DNA from: Vicinamibacterales bacterium
GTDB taxonomy: Bacteria; Acidobacteriota; Vicinamibacteria; Vicinamibacterales; UBA2999
Assembly: GCA_050250645.1 (NCBI GenBank)
Contig: JBFWOG010000001.1
Coordinates: 335,274 to 399,273, forward strand
DNA: 64,000 nucleotides
Reading direction: 5' to 3'
The translations under genes and the position numbers were made by a program. The number at the start of each line of letters is the position of its first letter. The first letter of the stretch is position 1. Of this stretch, positions 52,240 to 60,869 are shown piece after piece. The notes below the pieces were generated by a model. The model made no database searches, was not told the origin of the DNA, and saw only the letters and a list, made by a program, of their open reading frames with translations.

Positions 52240-53373
52240 ATGACCGCCGCCGTCGCCGCCGTCGTGATCCTGTTCCTCGCCGTGCTGACGCCCGCGCCGG
52301 CCGCGGCGCAGGCCGACGCGGCCAAGACCGACCCGCTGGCCGCCCTGACCGCCCTCGACCAGCGGTGGCAGCGCCACCTCGACGAACCGGCGTCCGCGCC
52401 GGCCGGCTTCGACGCGGCCCGGGCATTCATTCCGCTCAAGGACGGCGGCATCGTCGCGCTCGCCCTCGACGATGGCGCGGTGAGCTGGCGCCGCGACCTG
52501 TCCACGCCCTTCACCCCCGCCGCGGGTGATGGCCTGGTGTTCGTGGTCTCGGGCAGCGAGGTCCAGGCGCTCGACGCCGTGAGCGGCCGCACGAAGTGGC
52601 GGGCGGAGACCGGCACGGCCGTGGCCGCCCCGCCCTACTGGGACACCGGATGGCTCATCATCTCGACGATGGACGGGACGCTGCTTGCCTACAGGGCGGC
52701 CGACGGCGTCGAGGTGTGGCGGCAGGGGCTGGGCACGCCGCTCGCCGTCCGGCCGGCGCCGGCGCTCGACCGGCTGTATCTCGGCCTGACGGACGGCCGG
52801 CTGGTCTCGGCGTCGCTCGCGACCGGCGTGACCGACTGGGAGTACGCGGTGCGCGGCCGCATGACGGGCATCCTCGGGCTCGACGACCAGGTCGTGATCG
52901 GCAGCACGGAGAACTTCCTGATCAGCCTCGACCCGCGGACCGGGCGCGAGCGCTGGCGCTGGCGGCTGGGCGGCGACCCGGCCGGCGCGCCGTCGGCGGA
53001 CGACGATCGCATCTACGTCGCCGCGCTCGACAACGTCCTGCGCGCGCTCGACCGGCGCAGCGGCAATCTCCGGTGGACGCGGTCGCTCACCGCGCGTCCC
53101 GGCGCGAGCCCGCTGCGCGTCGGCAACCTCCTGCTCGTGCCCTACGTGTCGGCGGAAATCGGCGTGTTCGACCCCGAGGCCGGCACGCCCGCCTTCGTGA
53201 TCGCCGCGGCCGGCGAGGTCGGCGCGCGCCCCTACCTGCGCGCCGGCGCCCGGCCCACGGCCGCCCAGGTGTTCACGCTCAGCCGCGACGGCACCATCCA
53301 GGGCTTCGCGGCCCGCTTCGAGCCGCCGCCCGTGGCCCTGGCGGAACTGCCGGGCAAGAAGGTGGAGCCCTAA
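52240..53373 (+). CDS. Secreted PQQ-like beta-propeller repeat protein (BamB-family-like, no lipobox)
   Basis: Signal peptide MTAAVAAVVILFLAVLTPAPAAAQA. Repeated ...DG.L.A.D...G...W... blades (ALDAVSGRTKWR, AYRAADGVEVWRQ, SLDPRTGRERWRW, ALDRRSGNLRWT). Confidence 0.6.
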   Translation: MTAAVAAVVILFLAVLTPAPAAAQADAAKTDPLAALTALDQRWQRHLDEPASAPAGFDAARAFIPLKDGGIVALALDDGAVSWRRDLSTPFTPAAGDGLVFVVSGSEVQALDAVSGRTKWRAETGTAVAAPPYWDTGWLIISTMDGTLLAYRAADGVEVWRQGLGTPLAVRPAPALDRLYLGLTDGRLVSASLATGVTDWEYAVRGRMTGILGLDDQVVIGSTENFLISLDPRTGRERWRWRLGGDPAGAPSADDDRIYVAALDNVLRALDRRSGNLRWTRSLTARPGASPLRVGNLLLVPYVSAEIGVFDPEAGTPAFVIAAAGEVGARPYLRAGARPTAAQVFTLSRDGTIQGFAARFEPPPVALAELPGKKVEP

Positions 53374-53398
53374 GGGCCTCGCTGGACACCCGGTCGGT

Positions 53399-53536
53399 GG
53401 GACTCGTCGCTCTCGCGACTCGCCGGGACTCGCCGCTACGCGGCTCGCTCGGACTCGGCTTTCGCCTCGCTGGGATCCCAGCGAGCGCAGCGAGTCCTAG
53501 CGAGCGAGCGAGTCCTAGCGAGCGCAGCGAGTCCTA
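53399..53536. repeat. GC-rich long imperfect palindrome of GGACTCGC / GCGAGTCC units (element G)
   Basis: The left half has GGGACTCGTCGCTCTCGCGACTCGCCGGGACTCGCC...GGACTCGG. The centre is CTGGGATCCCAG (53470-53481). The right half is CAGCGAGCGCAGCGAGTCCTAGCGAGCGAGCGAGTCCTAGCGAGCGCAGCGAGTCCTA. It lies between convergent genes, and the right end includes the aminotransferase stop codon. Confidence 0.75.
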
Positions 53537-54754
53537 CTTCCCCCGAGCGGCCCCGATCGCCGCCGCCAGGCGCTGCACGCCCTCGGCGATTCGCCCGGGT
53601 GTCGGCGAGCTGAAGGACAGGCGGATGCGGTCGTGTCCGGCGCCGTCGACGTGGAACGCGCTGCCCATCACGAAGCTCACCTTCGCCTCGAGCGCCCGCT
53701 CGAAGAGCACACGGTCGTCGACACCGTCCGGCAGGCGCAGCCACAGGAAGAAGCCGCCGCGTGGCGGCTGCCACCCGACCTGCCCCCCGAGGGCGGCCCC
53801 GAGCGCGGCCTCCATGGCGTCCCGGCGCTCGCGGTAGTGCGCCCGCAGGGTGGGCGCGAGGCGGTCGACCACGCCGTCGGCGAGCGCGCGGTGCACGACG
53901 CGCTGGTCGAAGACGCCGCTGCACAAGTCGGCTGCCTGCTTGACCATCTCGACGCGCGAGGCGATGGCCTCGGGGGCCACGAGCCAGCCCACGCGGAAGC
54001 CCGGCACGAGGGTCTTCGACATCGTGCCGAGATAAATCACCCGGCCATCCTCGTCGTCCGCCTTGATGGGGCGGGTGCCGGCCCCGGCCGCCTCGTCGAA
54101 ATACAGCGTCCCGTAGGGGTCGTCCTCGATGATGAGCAGGTCGTGGCGGCGGGCGGTCTCGACGAGCGCCCGCCGCCGCGCCGGGCTCATCAGCAGGCCC
54201 GCGGGGTTCTGGAAGTTGGGCGTCAGGTACATCGCCCGCAGCCGTCGCCCTTCGCCGGCCAGCCGCGCGGCGGCCCGATCGACCGCCTCGGGCACCATCC
54301 CCTCGTCGTCCATCTCGACGCCCACGAGGGCGGCCTGCAGGTTGTGGAAGGCCGCCACCGCCCCGCTGTAGGCCGGCAACTCCACGAGGACGACGTCGCC
54401 CGGGTCGAACAGGACGCGCGCGGCGAGGTCGAGCCCCTGCTGGGAGCCGGTCGTGATCACCAGCTCCTCGAACCGCGCGCCGATGCCGCGCTGGCCCAGG
54501 GCCCCGATGACGGCCTCGATGAGCGGCCGGTAGCCCCGCGTGGCCCCGTACTGGAAGGTGCTCTCGGAGCGGCGTTCGAGCAGCGCGCCGGTGATGCGCG
54601 CGAGGTCGTCCCAGGGGAACGTCTCGGCGGACGGGTAGCCCGGGGCGAACGAGATGATGTCGGGCACCGCGGCGGCGAGCGCGCCGGCGCGGCGGATGGC
54701 GGACTCGTGGAGGTTGCGCGCGGACGCCGAGAGGTGCTGGGTGTAGTCGATCAT
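53534..54754 (-). CDS. PLP-dependent aminotransferase, class I/II (2-aminoadipate/aromatic aminotransferase-like)
   Basis: 406 aa from MIDYTQHLSASARNLHESAIRR, with FAPGYPSAETFP, YLTPNFQNPAG and LGTMSKTLVPGFRVGW (PLP lysine). Confidence 0.8.
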   Translation of the reverse strand: MIDYTQHLSASARNLHESAIRRAGALAAAVPDIISFAPGYPSAETFPWDDLARITGALLERRSESTFQYGATRGYRPLIEAVIGALGQRGIGARFEELVITTGSQQGLDLAARVLFDPGDVVLVELPAYSGAVAAFHNLQAALVGVEMDDEGMVPEAVDRAAARLAGEGRRLRAMYLTPNFQNPAGLLMSPARRRALVETARRHDLLIIEDDPYGTLYFDEAAGAGTRPIKADDEDGRVIYLGTMSKTLVPGFRVGWLVAPEAIASRVEMVKQAADLCSGVFDQRVVHRALADGVVDRLAPTLRAHYRERRDAMEAALGAALGGQVGWQPPRGGFFLWLRLPDGVDDRVLFERALEAKVSFVMGSAFHVDGAGHDRIRLSFSSPTPGRIAEGVQRLAAAIGAARGK

Positions 54755-55776
54755 GCCGGCCTCGGGTAGGTGGTATCGGATTCCGCGGGGGGCGGCGGCT
54801 CGTCGCCGCGCAGGATCCGCAGGTAGGCGACAAGCGCCGTCAGCTCGATGAACTGGAACACGGCGCCGCGGACGGCCCACGCGATGAGCTGCAGCGGCAG
54901 CGCCACGAGACCGACCAGGGGCACGAAGGCGATGAGCCCGAGGGCCGCCGTGGCCAGCACGCTGCCGGCGGTGGCCAGCACGACGAGGACCAGGATGGCG
55001 CCGAAGACCCGCCAGGCCGCGCCGCCGCGCGCGGTGAGCAGCCGCCACACCTCGCCGGCGGCCGCGCGCACGCCGCAGTCCGACCGCCCGATCACGACCT
55101 GGAACAACAGGTAGACGAAGTTGACGAGCGTGAACCACGCGACGAGCGCGAGCGAGGCCGCGCCGGCCATGAACGGCCAGTCGGGCGCCACCGGGCTGGC
55201 GCCGAGGATCAGCACCAGGTAGCCGCCCATCGACGCGGCGTAGACGGCCGCCAGGCCGAGTCCGAGCGCGACGTAGCGCCGGAACAGGTGCTCGCTGCCC
55301 TGGGTGAAGCGCTCGAGCGAGAAGCGGGCGGCCCGTGACAGCGCGCCGAACCGGAGCGGCGGCTCCTCGATGTCCCCCGCCGACCGCTCGCCGGCAACGA
55401 GGACCGCGACCGCGCCGCCGCGCGCGATCAGCATCAGGAACGCGCCGCCGGCGAGCACGAGCGCGACCGACACCAGGAAGGCGCCGAACGCACCGGCGTG
55501 CGCCAGCAGCACCTGCGCCATCGCCGCGAGCCCTTCCGACGGGCTCGCGCTCAGCAGATCCACCGGGTCCCCGCCGACGAGCAGCACGACCAGCAGGACG
55601 CCGCCCGCGACGGGAACGAGCAGCAGCGCCTTGAACAGCGCGTCCGCGACGAACATCGCGACGACGACCTGCCAGTTGGCAGCGGTGACGAGGGCGCCCC
55701 GCTTGATGAGCGGCTTGAGGGTGAAGGCGGCGCTCATCGACGAGAGCTCGCGCGAGTGGACCGTATCGGCATGCAT
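54751..55776 (-). CDS. Hypothetical polytopic membrane protein
   Basis: Multiple hydrophobic helices (VVVAMFVADALFKALLLVPVAGGVLLVVLLVGG ...). The stop overlaps the aminotransferase start (ATGA). The start is uncertain (55860, 55776 or 55737). No family recognised. Confidence 0.5.
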   Translation of the reverse strand: MHADTVHSRELSSMSAAFTLKPLIKRGALVTAANWQVVVAMFVADALFKALLLVPVAGGVLLVVLLVGGDPVDLLSASPSEGLAAMAQVLLAHAGAFGAFLVSVALVLAGGAFLMLIARGGAVAVLVAGERSAGDIEEPPLRFGALSRAARFSLERFTQGSEHLFRRYVALGLGLAAVYAASMGGYLVLILGASPVAPDWPFMAGAASLALVAWFTLVNFVYLLFQVVIGRSDCGVRAAAGEVWRLLTARGGAAWRVFGAILVLVVLATAGSVLATAALGLIAFVPLVGLVALPLQLIAWAVRGAVFQFIELTALVAYLRILRGDEPPPPAESDTTYPRPA

Positions 55777-55862
55777 GGCGCCGCGGGGCGCGGGCTCGTC
55801 GCCCGGGGGGCGCGTGGCGCTCCCCGCCTGGAGCCCCACTAGCATGGCACAATGAGCCACTG

Positions 55863-58800
55863 GTGATGCCTTCCCTCGTCCGGCGGGCGGTCTGGCGGGT
55901 CCTGGCCGGCGGCCTCCTCGTCGCCGTCGTGGCCTGGGGCCTCGGCCTCGGGGCCGAGCGCGCGCGCTTCGGCGCGACGCCCGAGGCGGCGCGCGAGCGC
56001 ATCGACGCCGACGTCCGCGCCACCTTCGATGACCTCGCGGCCCGGCTCGAGCGCGCCGTCGACCCCCTCCGGCAGGCCGCCCCGCTCGTCGACGGGGCGG
56101 AGCTCACCGACCAGGCCGGCCCGCGAGCCCTCTTCGACGCGGTCGACCAGGCCACCGCCGGCGCCGGGCTGGACGGGCTGGCCGTCACGGTCTACGGCGC
56201 CAGCGGCCGCCCGGCGGCCTGGAGCGGGCGGCCGGGCAGCGTGCCCGCCGAGCGCCTGGCGGGCCCCTCGGCGGTCTTCCTCGCGCCCTCACCGGGCGGC
56301 CTGCGGCTGATCCAGGTCGAGCCCGTGCTCGCCGGCGAGCGGCGCGCCGGCACCATCGTGGCCGAGGCCCCGCTGCCGCTGGTCACCGAGGTCGCCGCCG
56401 ACGCGGGGTTCGTGCTCCAGACCTCGGTGGTGCCCGTGCGGCTCCGGCCGCAGTTCGAGGGCGGCGCCGACCGGGGCGCCGGCGACCTGGTGGTCGAGAC
56501 GCGCCCGGGCGAGCCCCTGGCGTCGGTCGCCGTCCCCGGCGACGCCGTGGCGGAGGCCCGCAGCCGGGCGCGCGCCCGGCTGGTCGGCCTGGAACTGGCG
56601 GTGCTCGGCGCGACGCTCCTGCTGCTGCTCGGCCCGCTGCTCGACTGGCGGCGGCTCGTGCGGTCGCCGCAACCGTTCGTGCTGCTCAGCCTCGGCGCGC
56701 TCCTCCTGCTCGTGGCCGCCCGTGGCCTCTTCTGGCTGGCGGTGCGCCAGGCCGGCCTCGACACGCTGGAGCTCGTGCCGCCGGGCGAGCTGAGCCCCAT
56801 CGTCCAGACGCTGCTGCTCGCCTCGCCCGCCGACTTCCTCTGCTCGGCGTTCCTGGCGGGCGCGGCGGTGGCCCTGGCCGGGTCGACCTACGACCTGTGG
56901 CGGACGGGCCGGTGGATTTCCGTGCGCGTCGTGCCGGACGGCGGCACGGGCCGGCTCCTCGCCTACGTCTCCTCGGCGATCGCGGCGGGCCTGGCCGTCG
57001 GCACCCTGCTCGTGTCGTACGAGGCGCTGCTGCGCGAGCGCCTCTCGCAGGCGCCCGTCGACATCCTGCACTTCGCGCTGCACCCGTGGGACCCCGACCG
57101 CCTGGCGGTCGCCTCCGGGCTCGTCCTGCTCCACGCGAGCGTCCTCGGCCTGGGCATCCTCGTGTTCCGCCTCTCGCTGATGCCCTGGGTCGTGTCGGCC
57201 TCGGCCCGCTGGCTGCGGGGGCTCGTCCCGGTGCTCTGGGCGGTGGCCGGCGCGGTCCCGATCGTGACGGCCCGGGCGTTCGGGGAGGCCGTGCCGCCGG
57301 TGCCCGCCGCGCTCGCCGTGGCGTTCGCGGTGGCCGGCGCGTGGTCGGTTGGCCGCTACCGGGCCTGGCTGCGCCACGCCTCGCAGGCGACCCGGCTGCT
57401 CGTCTTCTTCATCGCCCTTGCGCTGCCCGCGATCGTCTTCTACCCGTCGCTCGTCGACGCGGCCAACCGCGCGCGGCGCCAGCTCGTGGAGACGCGCTAC
57501 GCGCCGGAGGTGGCCAACCAGCGCCGGTCGCTCCAGCTCCGGCTGCTGGCCGCCCTCGGCGAGATCGACGGGCTGGTCAGCCTGCCCGACCTCGTCGAGG
57601 CGGGCGAGCCCGCGCCGTCCGGGCCACCGCCGACGGACGCGGCCTTCCTCGTGTGGTCCAAGACCACGCTGGCAACCGAGCGGCTCACGTCGTCGGTGGA
57701 GCTGTACAACCGATCCGGCGACCTCGTCTCGCGCTTCTCGCTGAAGCTGCCCGAGCCGGCCAGCACGCAGAGCTGGCAGGAAGCGTCGTGCCAGTGGGAG
57801 GTCTTCGAGGAGGTCTCGCCGTTCTTCGCGGAGGAGCGCCGGCTCCTGCACGCGGGCCGCGCGGTCTGCGTGCCGGGGCCGGATGGCACGCCGGTCTATG
57901 TCGGCTCCATCGTCGTGCACGTGACGCTCGACTACGGCAACCTGTCGTTCATCTCGGGCCAGAACCCCTACGTCGCCCTGCTCGCCCAGAACGCGGAGCG
58001 TCCGGAGCCGACGCCGCGGGAGCAGGTGGAGTTCGCGGTCTACGGCTGGAGCCGCCGGCCGCTCTACATGTCGGGCCGCACCGCGTGGCCGCTCGACCGG
58101 GCGGTGTTCGACCGCGCCTATGCCTCGCGCGAACCGTTCTGGGCGCAGGCGACGCGCGGCGACACCCGCTACGACGTCTACTACCTGAACGACCGGGGCG
58201 CGATCTACGCGCTCGGCTACCCCGTCGTCTCGCCGTTCGGGCACATGGTGTCGCTCGCCGAGCTGGTGACGCTCGTCGGCGTGACGTTCGTGGCCCTGCT
58301 GCTCGGCGGGGCGGTGTTCGGCCTCGTGGCGGCGCGCACGCCGGCATCGGGCCGGGCCCTGCTGCGCGAGGTGCGCGCGAGCTTCTACCGCAAGCTGTTC
58401 CTCGCGTTCGTCTTCGCGGCGGTGGTGCCGGTGCTCGCGCTGGCGTTCGTGACGCGCGCGTACGTGGCGTCGCTGATGCGCGCCGACGTCGAGATGGAGG
58501 CCACGCGGATGGCCGGGTCGGCCAGCCGCGTCGTCGAGGACTTCGGCAGCCTCCAGACCCGGGGCGCGGCCACGTTCCCCTCCCTCGACGACAACCTGAT
58601 GGTGTGGCTGAGCCGCATCATCGCGCAGGACGTGAACGTCTTCGACGGGACCGCGCTGCTCGCGTCGAGCGAGCGGAACCTGTTCGCGTCGGGCCTGCTG
58701 CCCACCCGGACGCCGGGCGACGTCTACCAGGCCGTGCTGCTCGAGGGCCGCCCGTCGTACGTGGCGCAGGAGACCGTCGGCGACTACCAGTACCTCGTCG

Positions 58801-59819
58801 CGGCCGCCCCGGTGCGGGTGCAGGGCCGCGAGATGATCCTCACGGTGCCGCTGACGCTCCGGCAGCAGGAGATCGAGGGCCAGATCGACGAGCTGGACCG
58901 GCGGGTGCTGCTCGCGGCGCTCGCGTTCATCCTGCTGGGCGCGGCGATCGGCTACTCGATGGCCGAGCGTATCGCCGACCCGGTGAACCGCCTCACCCGC
59001 GCTACCCAGCGCATCGCGCGCGGCGACCTCGACGCCCGCATCGTGGCCACCTCGTCGGACGAGCTGCGGCGGCTGGTGGACGCGTTCAACAAGATGGCCG
59101 CCGACCTGCAGCGCCAGCGCGGGGAGCTCGAGCGGACCAACCGGCTGGCGGCCTGGGCCGACATGGCGCGGCAGGTGGCGCACGACATCAAGAACCCGCT
59201 GACGCCCATCCAGCTGAACGCCGAGCACCTGCGCCGCGTCCACGCCGACCGGGGGCTGCCGCTCGGCGACGTGCTCGACGAGTGCATCGGCAACATCCTG
59301 CTGCAGGTGCGGCTGCTGCGGCAGATCGCCGGGGAGTTCTCGAGCTTCGCCTCCTCGCCGGACCCGCGCCCCACCCGCACGTCCCTGGCGGGCATCGTCG
59401 GCGAGGTCGTCGAGCCGTACATCACGGGCCTCGCCGGACGGGTCGTCATGGACGTCCATGTGCCGGACACCCTGCCCGACGTCTTCGTCGATCGGACGCT
59501 CGTCGGCCGGGCGGTGACGAACATCATCGAGAACGCCCTGCACGCCATGCCTGGAGGCGGCACGCTCCACATCACCGCGACGCCGGCGGACGACGGGGTG
59601 AGCCTGGCGATTCGGGACACGGGCGTAGGCATGGACGCCGACGCCGTCGCGCGGATCTTCGAGCCCTACTTCTCCACCAAGGCCAGCGGCACGGGCCTCG
59701 GCCTGACCATCGCCCGCCGCAACGTCGAGCTGAACGGCGGCCGGATCGCCGTCGCGAGCGAGCGAGGCGCCGGCACGACGGTCACGCTCTGGCTGCCGAT
59801 CGCCGGCCCCGAGCAGTAG
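55863..59819 (+). CDS. Very large NtrY-like sensor histidine kinase (polytopic N-terminal ~800 aa, HAMP, HisKA, HATPase_c)
   Basis: 1318 aa. HAMP (PVNRLTRATQRIARGDLDARI...LVDAFNKMAADL), H-box QVAHDIKNPLTPIQL, and N/G boxes (NIIENALHAM, RDTGVGMD, GTGLGLTIARR). Confidence 0.85.
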   Translation: MMPSLVRRAVWRVLAGGLLVAVVAWGLGLGAERARFGATPEAARERIDADVRATFDDLAARLERAVDPLRQAAPLVDGAELTDQAGPRALFDAVDQATAGAGLDGLAVTVYGASGRPAAWSGRPGSVPAERLAGPSAVFLAPSPGGLRLIQVEPVLAGERRAGTIVAEAPLPLVTEVAADAGFVLQTSVVPVRLRPQFEGGADRGAGDLVVETRPGEPLASVAVPGDAVAEARSRARARLVGLELAVLGATLLLLLGPLLDWRRLVRSPQPFVLLSLGALLLLVAARGLFWLAVRQAGLDTLELVPPGELSPIVQTLLLASPADFLCSAFLAGAAVALAGSTYDLWRTGRWISVRVVPDGGTGRLLAYVSSAIAAGLAVGTLLVSYEALLRERLSQAPVDILHFALHPWDPDRLAVASGLVLLHASVLGLGILVFRLSLMPWVVSASARWLRGLVPVLWAVAGAVPIVTARAFGEAVPPVPAALAVAFAVAGAWSVGRYRAWLRHASQATRLLVFFIALALPAIVFYPSLVDAANRARRQLVETRYAPEVANQRRSLQLRLLAALGEIDGLVSLPDLVEAGEPAPSGPPPTDAAFLVWSKTTLATERLTSSVELYNRSGDLVSRFSLKLPEPASTQSWQEASCQWEVFEEVSPFFAEERRLLHAGRAVCVPGPDGTPVYVGSIVVHVTLDYGNLSFISGQNPYVALLAQNAERPEPTPREQVEFAVYGWSRRPLYMSGRTAWPLDRAVFDRAYASREPFWAQATRGDTRYDVYYLNDRGAIYALGYPVVSPFGHMVSLAELVTLVGVTFVALLLGGAVFGLVAARTPASGRALLREVRASFYRKLFLAFVFAAVVPVLALAFVTRAYVASLMRADVEMEATRMAGSASRVVEDFGSLQTRGAATFPSLDDNLMVWLSRIIAQDVNVFDGTALLASSERNLFASGLLPTRTPGDVYQAVLLEGRPSYVAQETVGDYQYLVAAAPVRVQGREMILTVPLTLRQQEIEGQIDELDRRVLLAALAFILLGAAIGYSMAERIADPVNRLTRATQRIARGDLDARIVATSSDELRRLVDAFNKMAADLQRQRGELERTNRLAAWADMARQVAHDIKNPLTPIQLNAEHLRRVHADRGLPLGDVLDECIGNILLQVRLLRQIAGEFSSFASSPDPRPTRTSLAGIVGEVVEPYITGLAGRVVMDVHVPDTLPDVFVDRTLVGRAVTNIIENALHAMPGGGTLHITATPADDGVSLAIRDTGVGMDADAVARIFEPYFSTKASGTGLGLTIARRNVELNGGRIAVASERGAGTTVTLWLPIAGPEQ

Positions 59820-59843
59820 CCCCTGGCGTCCACGAAAGACAAC

Positions 59844-60095
59844 GATCCGCGGACGGACGCGGATGGACGCGGAACTGTCCACAGGGCGTCGGCTGGGCGC
59901 GCCGCCGGCGCGCATTACCGGGACGAGGGCGCCACCGGACACGAGACGTCCAGACACGGAAATCGACGCTTCGTGTCCGGCGGCGTCCTCGCCCCGGCGG
60001 CTGCATCCACGATGCAGCCGGCCGACGTGGGGTGAACGATGATCAGCGGGACGCTGAGGGGTATCGGCGTTGATCCGCGTCCATCCGCGGATGCC
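59844..60095. repeat. Inverted GGACGCGGAT-unit arms enclosing a ~197-bp insert (element H)
   Basis: Left arm is GATCCGCGGACGGACGCGGATGGACGCGGA (59844-59873). Right arm is TGATCCGCGTCCATCCGCGGATGCC (60071-60095). The insert holds two further hairpins (CCGGACACGA...TCGTGTCCGG and GGCTGCATC-CAC-GATGCAGCC). It lies between convergent genes. Confidence 0.75.
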
Positions 60096-60100
60096 TTTGA

Positions 60101-60865
60101 CTACTCGGAGGCGGCGGGGGGCTCCGCGCCGCCTCGCCGCACGCGCTGCAGGGCGAGGCCGATGAGACCAGAGGAGAGGTACGCGTAGGCCATCAGCAGC
60201 AGCACCTCGTGCGGGTAGGTCACGATGAGGGCGAGGAACGCCGCCAGGCCGATGAGCACCGTGTAGTTGCGCCGGGCCCGCAGGTCGATCGACTTGAAGC
60301 TGCGGAACTTGATCGTGCTGACCATCAGCAGCGCCGGCAGCAGCAGCACGAAGAGCCCGATCAGCCCCTCGCCGCGCGTCATCAGCCCCATCGGGTAGTA
60401 GAACACCGTGGCGGCCGGCACGCCGGCGGCCGCCGGGCTCGGCATCCCCACGAAATACCGCTTGTCGGAGTGGGTCTGGATGTTGAACCGCGCCAGCCGC
60501 AGCGCCGCCGCGGTCACGAAGAGGAACCCCGTCGCCCAGCCGAGCCGCCCGAGCGGCTGCAGGCCCCAGGCGTAGGCCAGGACGGCCGGCGCCATGCCGA
60601 ACGAGATCAGGTCGGCCAGCGAGTCGAGCTGGACGCCGAAGTCGCTCGACGTGCCGGTCAGCCGCGCGATCCGCCCGTCCAGCATGTCGAGCACGATCGC
60701 CACGCCGATGAACGGCGCCGCCGTCGTCAGCTCGCCCCGCATGGCGTACACCACGCACGACCACCCGCAGAACAGGTTGGCGAGCGTGAAGAGGCTGGGC
60801 AGCAGCGACACGCCACGCCGCAGGCCGCGGCGCGGGGGCTGCTGCTCGGATGCGGGTGGGGTCAC
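60101..60865 (-). CDS. pssA: CDP-diacylglycerol--serine O-phosphatidyltransferase
   Basis: CDP-alcohol phosphatidyltransferase motif DMLDGRIARLTGTSSDFGVQLDSLADLISF. 254 aa polytopic protein. Confidence 0.85.
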   Translation of the reverse strand: MTPPASEQQPPRRGLRRGVSLLPSLFTLANLFCGWSCVVYAMRGELTTAAPFIGVAIVLDMLDGRIARLTGTSSDFGVQLDSLADLISFGMAPAVLAYAWGLQPLGRLGWATGFLFVTAAALRLARFNIQTHSDKRYFVGMPSPAAAGVPAATVFYYPMGLMTRGEGLIGLFVLLLPALLMVSTIKFRSFKSIDLRARRNYTVLIGLAAFLALIVTYPHEVLLLMAYAYLSSGLIGLALQRVRRGGAEPPAASE

Positions 60866-60869
60866 CGTC

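Noticed and set aside
45954-52243. Giant ORFs, including 45954-49880 minus (1308 aa) and 47327-52243 plus (1638 aa). Similar ones lie elsewhere: 19345-22740 minus (1131 aa), 56289-60764 minus (1491 aa) and 2876-5485 minus (869 aa).
   Set aside because: They run in alternative frames or strands across well-supported genes (dnaE, guaA, accA, lptFG, the histidine kinase, the secretin). Their translations are dominated by Arg, Pro, Gly and Ala with no recognisable motifs. Only their terminal segments that coincide with real genes (accA, the 71-aa ORF) were kept.
59782-60006. A 74-aa minus-strand ORF inside the insert of element H as possible cargo analogous to the GxxExxY ORF of element E.
   Set aside because: The translation (MQPPGRGRRRTRSVDFRVW...RRRRAQPTP...) is Arg/Pro-rich shadow-type sequence with no motif. 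The ORF starts inside the histidine kinase 3' end and crosses the left arm.
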